NCBI RefSeq assembly: GCF_018977255.1 | Contig: NW_024704742.1 | Location: 3,968,001 to 4,032,000 of the forward strand | DNA: 64,000 nucleotides | Direction: 5' to 3' | From: Callorhinchus milii | Lineage: Eukaryota | Part shown: positions 36,872 to 48,232 of the stretch, in pieces | Layout: every line of letters begins with the position of its first letter | Position numbering within the stretch: the stretch's first letter is position 1 | The notes under the pieces: model-generated | What the model was told of the DNA's origin: nothing | Database searches by the model: none | Seen by the model: the letters and a program-made list of their open reading frames with translations, nothing else | Position numbers and translations under genes: made by a program

Positions 36872-38497
36872 ATGTTGCGCGTGGAGCCGCTCGGGCCTAA
36901 GATGGACCCGGACGAGTTACGCAGGAAAATGCGGGAGGATGTGCTCAGGTCCCTCCGCAACTTCCTCGTCTACGTGGCGCTACTGAGGGCCAGTAAGTGA
37001 CCGGCGGCCCCGCGGCCCTCCCCCCCCCCCCCCCAGCCCGGCCCCCCCCCCCAGCCCGGCCCCCCCCCCAGCCCGGCCCCCCCCCCCCAGCCCGGCCCTC
37101 CCCCCCAGCCCGGCCCCGCGGCCCTCTCTCCCCCCCCCCCCAGCCCGGCCCTCCCCCCCCCAGCCCGGCCCTCCCCCCCCCCCAGCCCGCCCCCCCCCCC
37201 CCAGCCGGCCCCCCCCCCAGCCCGGCCCTCCCCCCCCCAGCCCGGCCCTCCCCCCCCCCCCAGCCCGCCCCCCCCCAGCCCGGCCCTCCCCCCCCCCAGC
37301 CCGGCCCCCCCCCAGCCCGGCCCTCCCCCCCCCCAGCCCGGCCCCCCCCCCCCAGCCCGGCCCCCCCCCCCCCCAGCCCGGCCCTCCCCCCCCCCAGCCC
37401 GGCCCCGCGGCCCTCTCTCCCCCCCCCCCCAGCCCGGCCTCCCCCCCCCAGCCCGGCCCCGCGGCCCTCTCTCCCCCCCCCCCCAGCCCGGCCTCCCCCC
37501 CCCCAGCCCGGCCCCCCCCCCCCCAGCCCCGGCCCTCCCCCCAGCCCGGCCCTTCCCCCCCCCCCCAGCCCGGCCCCGCGGCCCTCTCTCCCCCCCCCCC
37601 CCCAGCCCTCCCCCCCCCCCCAGCCCGGCCCCCCCCCCCAGCCCGGCCCTCCCCCCCCCCCCCAGCCCGGCCCCTCGGCCCTCCCTCCCAGCCCGGCCCC
37701 CCCCCCAGCCCGCCCTTCCCCCCCCCCAGCCCGGCCCGCGGCCCTCCCCCCCCCCCCGCCCCCAGCCCGGCCCCCCCCCAGCCCGGGAAGCGCTTCGAGA
37801 CGGCTCGAAGACGGGTCAAACGCAAGGGTTGTTATTATTATTATTATTATTATTATTGTTGTTGTTGTTGTCTCGGGGCTTCGAGCTCGCGGTCCAGCGC
37901 CGGGACTGGCAGTACAGGAAGCGAGCGAGTGCCGTGCTTCAAGATGAGACATTTAATTACCGAGGGTCCCACCTGTCCGCTCTCGGGGGGGGGGGGGGGA
38001 TGTTAAGATCCCACGGCACTCTCTGTCGGGGGGGGAAAAAAAAAATAGTAGAGGTGTTTCTCCTGGACGTCCTGACCCGATCCCCCGCGGATAAAGTCGG
38101 TTCGCTCACTTCACGGCCGCTCCTGGGACGTCGCCGTGTGTAAAATCTGCTGCGTTGGATGACAATTACAACAACAACTCGCATTTATCGTAGCGTCCTT
38201 CACCCGGGGTAGTACGCTGGGGGGCGCTTCAATTATTCGTGGAGTGACTGGAGGATCAATTTGTCCGCCCAACCATATTGCCCCCTCAAAGGCTCCTTCC
38301 TCCGATGATTGACGTGTAAACTATAATCTGAACTAATGCAGTCCAACGAGATTCGCAGGTCAGACAAATTATATCAAGTCGCCATTGTAGTTTTGGTGTA
38401 TTTGTCTCTATGTCATTTAACAATTCAACCCGGTTTACCTCTGCAGTTCCTTATTTTTTCAGCTCCGTTTATCCTGAAGAAACTGGATAGTATCTGA
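36872..38497 (+). CDS. tomm5: Mitochondrial import receptor subunit TOM5, copy 1; exons 36872-36992 and 38463-38497
   Basis: The spliced translation [51 protein letters not shown] (51 aa) matches human TOMM5 as recalled ([51 protein letters not shown]). Kozak GCCGCCATG, phase-1 intron with GTAAGT donor and TTTTTTCAG acceptor. Confidence 0.97.
37005..37785 (+). repeat. C-rich minisatellite (CAGCCCGGCCCT + poly-C) in tomm5 intron 1; second copy at ~52505-53315
   Basis: Dozens of CAGCCCGGCC units separated by C6-C15 runs, starting right after the donor site. Confidence 0.9.
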
Positions 38498-38766
38498 GCA
38501 TCACGACTGCAAAAACCCGCATGCTGCTTTGAAGTACTCGAGTCGTATTTGAAGAGCCACTGTTTGCATCGACAGAACAAGAACATTCGGGCCTTCTGCT
38601 GCTAAAGAAAGAACCTTTTAAAGCCAACTCTGTAACAAACTCTTAACCATATTCAGTTAATCCCTGTACTTATTCCATTTCCTACACCTAGATTATTTTT
38701 TCCTTGCCTCACTTTGTATCTGATTTTCATGCAGAGTTGTGTGTGTTTTTTTTAACCTATTGGTAC

Positions 38767-38772
38767 AATAAA
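38767..38772 (+). terminator. Probable tomm5 polyadenylation signal AATAAA
   Basis: AATAAA ~270 nt after the stop codon, followed by GT/T-rich sequence; also present in copy 2 (~54293). Confidence 0.55.
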
Positions 38773-40844
38773 TTCCCAATATTACGACATTGTTTGCCTG
38801 TGCTGCTTGAGGATCTGTAACACAGCACCTCGTGTTTGTGCATTCCATAGTACTTTGTTTCCTCGTTTGGATAAATGGGTACAGAAATTTGGTAACACTA
38901 TGTGTTCGAATGATTCAGATCCATCATCGACGTTAGTAACCATGTGGGAGCCTGTAATGCCTGAACAAAATACATTGAGGTGCACTGATACTGCCAGCTG
39001 TCTTGTTTTATTTGACATTTTATGAGCTATGGATTTTTTTTTACAGTTCATAAGTTTGAAACCCACAGTGATCATTGGTCTGGTTAAATTATCTGGTGTA
39101 TAATGGCAGGGCTTGGTTTCAAGATATATTTGCTGACTTGACCACTGATCGTACTGTGTAGCTTTTTGTTGTCGATCAATTTCGAATGAGCTCTCACACG
39201 GTATTTGTTTACACAGTCTAATATTATGATTTGCCTAGAAATGTGAAGCCTGCTCCAATTTGAGCAAAATAATTCATCACAATCGTGTTGGCTATTGCAT
39301 TGATAAGAATATCCAAGCAATTTGCTAATTCCTGAAAGAATCTATCATAACGTCTCTCAGTATGCCTTTTGTGGGCCGCATACGTTCGCAAAAAATGTTT
39401 CCATTAGCACGGTTTCAATAATGGTTGGATGTGATTCTGTCCGAACAGCGGTCCTGAGGGTCCTGAGGTTGAGGGTGAAAACAAAAACGGTATAGGGTTG
39501 AGTGTCAATGCATAGATATGTCTGAGGTTGTCACAAGGGGAGCAATATCCTCGAGAGACAAGCTAACCTCAGGCACCTTTTCTCTACCACCTAATCCCAC
39601 CTTCGTCACTCCCGTCTCAAAAAACCTACAGTAAACTCCCCACACTCCAGTTACCACTCCATTTCCTACCATAAACCATCTCCAACAAGATCAGTATGTT
39701 GATTCAGGTATTTTTCCTCTGTTTAGCAGTAAGTAAAAACCTGGTTGTTAGTCAATTGACGGATTGCTTTACGGGGGCTGGTAATTATCTCTTTAAAAAA
39801 TATATATTTTGGTACTCCACGACTGCTCAATTGGCTGCCGTGTTTCGCCCACAAAATACACAAGTCACTACACGTTACAGTTTATACTGTGGAGCCCTTC
39901 AATATATCTTGAAGACGTGATAAGGCGCTATACAAAATGCAAGGATTATTATAACCCCATCACCTCCATCCGCATTCAGTGCTAATGACTAATCCCAGCA
40001 GATATCCTTTAAAATCCTCATGTTTACCTGTATGTCAGAAAAAGAACACGCTGTTACTGCCTCATATATGTTTATATTATCACTCAAAACAGTAAAGTAA
40101 TTGATAATTGCACATGGTATTGTGTCATTATTATTATTACCTCTGAGACCTGGGTTTAAATCTGCCCAGACTAATGAATGGAATTCTCTTCAGCAAACTC
40201 TAAAAATGCTATGTGAAATGACTGGTGGGAAGTCTTGTCTCAAGTCACCTAATCAGATCCCTGTACTTACTTTATACACACTTCAATATTCCTCCTCTTC
40301 AAGCATCCCAGTTGTTAGTCAAATGGCGGATCGCTTTTCCACAAGTAATCCTTAAAAAAACTAAATTTGTGACTCAATCCAAGACTGTAGGACACTGCTC
40401 TGCGCAATTGGCTGCTGCGTTTCACCCACAAAATATACAGTCAATTCACATTACAGTATATTCTGTGAAGGGCTTTGAAACGTCTCGAAGACGTGATAAG
40501 GCGCTGTATCAAATGCAAAAATAATTATTATTATCCAACATATCTTTTAAAAGAAATGACAACGGAAATCCACAGTAAAATATCTAAAAACATTAACAAG
40601 AAAGAGTTATATAACGTCCTTCATGCAGGCAGCGTCTTGGTGATAAGTGTATTATCGTGGAACCGGTTCAGTTCCAAGGAGACCCCACTTACCTCCCCTT
40701 ATCCCCAAAGAGAATGGTCATTTGATTTCTGGCGAGCATGGGCTTTTGCAGGTACCTGCAAGCTTCCTGGTGAACAACTTGGTCAGTGAAATTAATAACA
40801 ATCTTTCATTTGGTGTAACGCCTTTAATGTCAGTACAAGATAAA

Positions 40845-41165
40845 AAACAACATTACATTTGTATAGCGCCTTTCATGTTGGGAGGACGTCCCAAGGTGCT
40901 GGACAGTCAGAGTTTCGGACCCGAGCTGGGGGTTGGGATTGGGGAGGGTGGAAAGCAGGGTGATCGCAGGGAGGGCTTTTAAGGTGAGGACCAGGATCTT
41001 GAACTGTATCCTCTGTGTGATGGGAAGCCGGTGGAGTCGGGCGAGGGTGGGGGTGATAGGGTCACGGAGCCTGGTGCGGGATATGCAGAGTTCTGGATAA
41101 TCTGCAGCCTATGGAGGGAGGAGTTGGGGAGGGCTGACAAGCAAGGAGTTTGCATAGTCAAGCCT
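40845..41165 (-). mobile_element. L2 LINE 3' fragment (duplicate at ~56375-56700)
   Basis: LHRLQIIQNSA motif and L2 tail, homologous to 8080-8736. Confidence 0.78.
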
Positions 41166-41968
41166 CGATGTGAAGTGTTATAGAGATACAATATAAAATG
41201 GAGAGGAGAACATTTGGGGGTTTAGCATTTTTAACAGGAGAAGTGGTCAATTTAACTCAGGACAGCCACAGCAGGTTGGTGTGGTCCATGGAAAATGGGG
41301 GCTTCGGAGATGTTCTTCTGAGATAGAGACTGAAGCACATTGTAGCAGAGTAGAGGAAGCTTAATTTTGTATCTAATCATTGCTACTATATGACCTGATA
41401 TATTGATAAACATGAGCATCCCTCACCTTAAATAAGGGAAAATCATGCTCCGGTGATGAATGAAGCAACAATGTAATTTGACGCAATCGATAACATTGTC
41501 TCCTTTATTTGCAAATAATTTTTTTAGAAGTTTTTTTTGTGTTAAAATGGTCCTTTTTTGGACGCGCAGGGCCCCCGAGCAGTGATAAGATTTAGTATCA
41601 TCATCCAGTAAAATGTAAGGGCCCCAAAACCGAACTGCCCCCACTGTTTAGAGACAAGAGAATGAATAGCCTTGAAAATGACAGTGTTATCAATGTGTTC
41701 TGCAGCCGGATAAGACGGTGCTCTGATTAAAGTTTCAGACAAATGCAATGGTTTCTCTGTACTGGCACTCAAGGCTGGTCAGGATGACCTACAAGGATGG
41801 CTTCAATTGCGTTGAAAGGTTGAGCTTGCTCTAATATGATTCTGCGGAGATGGAAACTGGAACTTCAAACGTAGTACACCCATGGTACTATTCGAAAAGT
41901 ACCAGTACATACATAATGTGCCAAATAACCTTTTTCTGTGCCGTAGATTTCACACAATTTTATAATAA

Positions 41969-41993
41969 NNNNNNNNNNNNNNNNNNNNNNNNN
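41969..41993. other. 25-N scaffold gap at the duplication junction (other gaps: 20393-20582, 20601-20752, 30151-30317, 46627-46795, 62848-63086, 63316-63468)
   Basis: N runs are directly visible; most lie next to low-complexity repeats. Confidence 0.99.
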
Positions 41994-43967
41994 CTGAAAA
42001 GGTGCTAAACCACAATTAGCGAGTCCTGTAGCTCAGTGGTTAGAGCACTCGCTTTGCGAAGGAGAGACCTGAGTTAAATTCCAGGCAGAGGGAAACCTTG
42101 GGCAAGTTTCCTTACTCCACACAGAGCCTAATAATAATCCCTCCAAAACCAAAAACAATAATAAATTGGTCATTTTCAATCCACGACTGTTTGTGGGACA
42201 TTGCTGTGCGCAATTGGCTGCCGCGTTCGCCCACAAATATACAGTCAATTCACTTTACAGTGTGTTCTGTGAAGCGCTTTGGGACGTCCTCCCGACGTGA
42301 AAAGCGCTATATCAAATGCAAGGATTATTATTATTATTATTACCAACACATTACTCGGAAGTAACCTGTGTGCATCTGCGTGGCGCTGACACACACTTAA
42401 AATAGGTAGTAAAGGAGAATTTGTTCCCTCTCCCTGGTGAAGAAGCCACGAGCAATGCACGTTTGCACAGTTCCGATCGCAAGTAATGACTCTCTCCACT
42501 CCATTGAGAAATGCTTCGTGAACCGCAGATCAAACGAGAGGCAGTCCTTTTGTCCTCGACTTGGTCCTTTTGTTGCCACCCCCACCCCACCCCCACCCCC
42601 AGTGAATCAACTCAGTCCCCACACCCCACCCCACCCCCAGTGAATCAACTCAGTCCTCTTTTGACACTTGCACTAAAGTAATCTACAATTTCAGTCCCTG
42701 GTGTCACAGAAAAGTATGGTCCACACACTCAAAAGTTAATTAAATAGGTCACTTTTTTTAAAAACAAAGGAAAGGGAAAAAAAATGTTTTGCCTCGAACG
42801 AACGAACGAACGAACGAACCGTTTGCCCATTTTTTCTCCTTGTTAAAAAAAAATGAACTTATTTTAAATATCACAGTTTTCGTTTCGATAAGGAAATCGT
42901 TCTCATCCCTCGTTGTCGCCATCGATGCGTCTCAAAGCGCTTCTAAGGAATATACTGTGCAGTGAATTGACTGTGTCTGTGTCTGTGTGTGTTTTGTGTG
43001 TGTGTTTTTTTGTGGGCGATGAGTTTTCGTCTCCAAATCGATTTCCTTGGGTTTTTTTTTTTGCTGTGGGTTTATCTCAGCCCCACTGATGGGTGAAGTG
43101 GAGAGATTCTCCTTCAGGTAATAGCGTCGGGACTTTGGAAATACGCACTCAAAAAAAAGTCGGATTTTAACCCACTATTCGCCGATGCGCCTCGAGGTTT
43201 AATTTCGCCCGAAACGTTTCGTTCGCACATCCACAGCACTGACGATGGATTGGGTGAAATAGTGGTCCTTTATTTGAAATAAGTCACGACACACACGGGC
43301 TTTCATTTTTTTTTAAAAAAGATGTATTTATTTAGTCCAAAAAAAATCTCCTGCCTTCCTCCCAACCCCCAACCCCCCCCCCCCAAAAAAAAAGGAGAAA
43401 CAGTACATAAACCAATAGCAAAAAGTTGCTAACAATAATAATAATTAAAAAAACAACGTTTCGTTCGTGTTCTTTTTAAAAAAAACAAAGGGAAAAAAAG
43501 ATTTCCAGCTCACACACAAAAAAAAACACAGGTACAAAAGCGAACCAAAGCACATACATTGGCTGGAGAGGGAGAGAGAGAGAGAGAGGAGGATGGAGGA
43601 GGATGGAGGAGGAGGAGAAGAAAAAAAAGGACCACACAGTGTCAGCAAATAAATAATTCTACCTTTTCACTTTGCCAAAAAGAGGAAGAAAAATAAGACA
43701 TATAAATTCCCACTGGAAGACAGAAGGTTTGACACAACCGAATGGAAAATACCTACACACACACTCTCTCTCTCTCTCTCTATTTATACACACACATATA
43801 TATATATAAACACATATATATATATTTGAAAACACCCCCAATTGCAGGTGAACTCTCTTTAAATAGTCAGCTCAAAGGATTGGCAGTTTCAACGTCGCTA
43901 TAGGTCGTGGGTTGGGTTTAAAGTGCGCGCATTACAAACAAAAAAAAAGGATTACAACAACATCAGG

Positions 43968-43999
<32 letters not shown>

Positions 44000-44467
44000 G
44001 GAATCCGTATAAAAATTAGCGATTTTTTTTTTCGTTTGGGAATACATTATTACTATTATTACTATTTATTATTATCATTATTAAGACGACCCAAAAATAG
44101 TTCTATTAGCATTCAGCGTTCATAGCAAATACAAAAACAGCAAAACCAACACCCCCCACCACCACCGTCACCCCCACCCTCCCACCCAGTCACCCCCACC
44201 CCCACCCAGTCACCCCCACCCCACCCCCACACAAATGGATGGAAGACTAAGTTCAATTCTAAAACGTTTCACTTTCTCTTTTTTTTCTTCTTTCCTTTGC
44301 TTTTTATGTGTGTAGGTGTGTGATGGTGGTGGTGGGGGGGGGGTATGTGTCTGGGTATGTGTGTGTGGGGGGGTGTGTGTGTGAGGGTATGTGTGTGGGG
44401 GTGTGGGGGTGTGGGGGGGGGGGGGTATGTGTGTGAGGGGTGTGATGGGGGGGGTGTGGGTGGGATG

Positions 44468-45851
44468 TTAGTAATTCTGCACCAGTTCAGAGAGTTCATC
44501 ACCAACACCAACACCACCATCCTCATCCTCATCTTCCTCCTCCTCCTCCTCCTCCTCCTCGCTCTGCAGATCCAGGGCCACGTCTGAGTCGCTGTAGCCC
44601 GAGTGAGGGGAGAACTCCCCATCGCTGCGGTGGGACCGAGGGGAAGCCTTCTTCTGCCCCACCAGGGCCGGGGAAGACGACGATGACAGATCCTCCTCCT
44701 CCTCCTCGCGGTGATGGTGATGGTGGCGGTGTTGGTGATGGTGTGGTGTGGTGGTGGGACATGTCCATCTGGTCCCGGTCGAAGCCGAACTGCAGGGGGT
44801 TCAGCTGCACCGAGTAGCCGGCGGTGGGGTACCGCCTGCAACTGGGGGAGGGGGAGGTGATGGAGGAGGAGGAGGAGGTGATGATGGAGGAGGTGGAGGA
44901 GGTGGAGATGATGGAGGAGGAGGAGGTGGTGGAGGTGGTGATGGAGGAGGTGATGGAGATGGAAGAGTTGGTGGTGGTGGTGTTGGGTTGGTGTTGGTGT
45001 TGGTGTTGGTGGTGGTGGGTACCTCGCCTTTGGGGGCTGCTCCCCCCCCCCCCGCTCCCCCCCTCCCCCTCCCCCCTGCAGCAGCTCGGCCAGGGCTGTG
45101 ATGTAGATCTGGGCCATCTGTAAGGTCTCGTACTTGCTGAGCTTCTTGTCGTTGTTGAAGGACGGGATGACGTTCCGCAGTTGGTCGAAGGCGTGGTTCA
45201 GGCCGTGCATCCGCCGCCGCTCCCGGGCGTTGGCCGCCAACCTCCGCTGCTTCTGCACTCCGTTCACCTGCCGACTGGGGGGCGCCCGCTGCCGGCAGCC
45301 CAGCTCCCCCCGGGCCCCCCGGGCCCCCAGAGACCCCCGGGCCCCAGAGACCCCACCCCAGCCCGGGCCCCAGGGACCCCACCCCCACCCCAGGGCCCCC
45401 AGGGACCCCACCCCAGGGCCCCAGGGACCCCACCCCCAGCCCCAAGCCCTTCAGCCGACACAGCTCCCGCACCTTCATGGGGCTTCTCCACCAACTCCAA
45501 CTCCTCCATCACCTCCTCCCATCATCATCATCATCTCCTCTTCCTCCTCCTCCTCTTCTTCCTCCTCTTCCTCCTCCTCCTCCTCCTCCAAGTCGCCGTC
45601 GGCTCCCAACAGCGTCTCGTCGACGATCCGGGCGACAGGTACTCGGCGTGTGCCGGGCAGGTGCCGGGGGGTACACCGGGGCCAACCAGGCTCGGGGGTC
45701 GGTGTCCAGCAGGGACAAGCCCCCCCCGCCCCCGCCCCCACACCCCCACACCCCCCGCCCCGTAGCCCAGGTGAGCCGACAGCCCGGACTGTTGGTGCTG
45801 CAGACACCGCTCGGCCGCCAGTTCCTTCATCTCGGACCATTCGTGGGTCAT
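44468..45851 (-). CDS. atoh1: Protein atonal homolog 1, copy 2 (duplicate or second haplotype); several homopolymer frameshifts
   Basis: Same bHLH in ORF 44269..45411, N-terminus [16 protein letters not shown] in ORF 45531..45851, and C-terminus [21 protein letters not shown]...ELSELVQNY in ORF 44468..44662. Near-identical to copy 1. Confidence 0.93.
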
Positions 45852-46342
45852 TGGCGCACCCGGAGAGGGGGTGTGGGGTGGGGTGGGTGTGGGGGTGGGG
45901 TGGGGGGTGGGGTGTGTGGGGGAAGGGGGGGAAGTGGGGGGAGAGAGGGGATGGGGATGGGGAAGAAGGTGGGTGAAAGGAGGAAGGTGAAAGGAAAGGA
46001 GAGGGAGAAGGGGTAAAACAAGATAAAAGAGAGAGAGGGAGGGAGGGAGGGGTAAATAAAGAGGGAGAGAGGGGTAAATAAAGAGGGAGAGGGGGGTAAA
46101 TAAAGAGAGGGTAAATAGAGAGAGAGAGGGTAAATAGAGAGAGCGGGAGAGGGGGTAAATAAAGAGAGAGGACGAAATGAAGTCGTAACGACCAGAAAAA
46201 AAAATAATAAGAATAATAAAGTTTGATGCGGGGGGGAAGGGGGAAGGAGAGAGAGAGGGAGAGAGAGAGTGTGTGTGGGAGAGAGGGAAAGGGTAGAAAA
46301 AAAGGGGTCAACACCAAAAAAAGGGGGAGAGAGAGAAAGTGG

Positions 46343-46374
<32 letters not shown>

Positions 46375-47066
46375 AGGAGAGGACCACAAATGAAGTCGCT
46401 GCAACAACAACAAGAAAAATGATAAAATAAAAGTTTGATGGGGAGGAGGAGGAGGAGGAGGACGGGGGGGGGGAGGAGAGCGAGAGAGTGGGGAGGGCAG
46501 AGGGAGGGAGGGAGGGTGGAGGTGGTCGGGGGGGGGGGGGGGTGGGGGGTAAACTCTGCAGTCCGGATGCTCTTGTTGCTGACGATGCTCTGAAGTGGCA
46601 CAAACACACGAAGTTGTCGCAGGTTGNNNNNNNNNNNNNNNNNNNNNNNNNNNNNNNNNNNNNNNNNNNNNNNNNNNNNNNNNNNNNNNNNNNNNNNNNN
46701 NNNNNNNNNNNNNNNNNNNNNNNNNNNNNNNNNNNNNNNNNNNNNNNNNNNNNNNNNNNNNNNNNNNNNNNNNNNNNNNNNNNNNNNNNNNNNNNTATAT
46801 CCCTCTCTCTATTCCTCGCTCTAATCTATCTCTAACTCTTTCTCTCTTTATATATATATATATATCAATATTCCTCTCTACGTCTATCCCTCTCTCTCTC
46901 TCTCTATCCCTCTCTCTATAACTATATATACATATCACCTTCTCTCTCTCTATCCCTCTATCTCTACCCCCCCCCCCCCCCCTCTCTCTCTCTAAATATA
47001 TATATATATCCCTCTCTCTCTCTGTCTATAAATATATATATATCCCCTTCTCTCTCTTTATTCCCC

Positions 47067-47106
<40 letters not shown>

Positions 47107-47459
47107 CTTCTCTCTCTTTATCCCTCTCTCTATGCCTCCCTCCTCCCTTTTATCTCACTCACTCACTCACTCACTCACTCGGGTTTTTTTTGGAGCAGAG
47201 TTTTTTTGGAAACTTTCGGTGCAGTCCGGATGCTCCTCTCTTTCCCTTCGCTTCTCTTCTGCTCCGGTGTCGCCGCCGAAGTCGGGGGCAGATTGGGGCA
47301 AAAAGGGGCTCTTCTCTTCTTCTTCCTTTATTTTTCTCTCTCTTCTCTCTCTCTCACACTCTCTCTCTCTCTCTCTGTCTGTCTGTCACCTTCGGCACGC
47401 GTGTCTGTTTGCACAACACACACACACACACGTGGGGAAAAAAATCAAGACATCCAAGG

Positions 47460-48232
47460 GTCCTGTCTGCTGTCTGCTGGTGGGTCCTGTCTGCTGTCTG
47501 CTGGTGGGTCCTGTCTGCTGTCTGCTGTCTGCTGGTGGGTGCTGTCTGCTGGTGGGTGCTGTCTGCTGTCTGCTGTCTGCTGGTGGGTGCTGTCTGCTGG
47601 TGGGTCCTGTCTGCTGGTGGGTGCTGTCTGCTGGTGGGTGCTGTCTGCTGGTGGGTCCTGTCTGCTGTCTGCTGGTGGGTGCTGTCTGCTGGTGGGTGCT
47701 GTCTGCTGGTGGGTGCTGTCTGCTGGTGGGTGCTGTCTGCTGTCTGCTGGTGGGTGCTGTCTGCTGTCTGCTGGTGGGTGCTGTCTGCGCTGGGGGTTGT
47801 GGAGGTGACTGTCTGTGCTGGGGGAGGTGGGGGGTGTTTGGGGATGGGGGGAGTGGCAGTGGCTGTGGGGGGGGGTGGAGAGGGGTGGGGGCAGTGGCTG
47901 TGTGAGGGTGACTGTCTGTGTTGGGGGGTGTTTGGGGGGTGGGGAGTGGCAGTGGCTGTGGCTGGGGGTGTGTGACTGTAGGGGGGTGTGTGACTATGGG
48001 GGGTGTGACTGTGGGGGGGGGGGTGTGCTGTGGGGGTGGGGGGTGACTGTCGGGGTGTGTGTGGCTGTGGGGGTGTGTGACTGTGGGGGATGTGTGACGG
48101 GGGGTGTGACTGTGGGGGGAGGGGGTGGGGGTGTGACTGTGGGGTGGGGGTGTGACTGTGGGGGAGGGGGTGGGGTGTGACTGTGGGGTGGGGGGGTGAC
48201 TGTAGGGGGCTGTGCTGTGTGGGGGCTGTGCT
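47460..48232 (+). repeat. Copy-2-specific minisatellite (GTCTGCTGGTGGGT(G/C)CT)n followed by (GGGGTGTGACTGT)n
   Basis: Tandem units are directly visible; absent from copy 1. Confidence 0.85.

Noticed and set aside
36170-36900. Cys/Trp-repeat ORF (CELSCDWSV)n (also 51666..52400)
   Set aside because: Translation of the 27-bp promoter minisatellite; broken by a frameshift in copy 1 and overlapping the tomm5 start out of frame.
36945-37952. Long Gly- or Pro-rich ORFs (also 52470-53666, 47132-48319 and 61351-63999)
   Set aside because: Stop-free artefacts of G/C minisatellites and N gaps, with no domain content.
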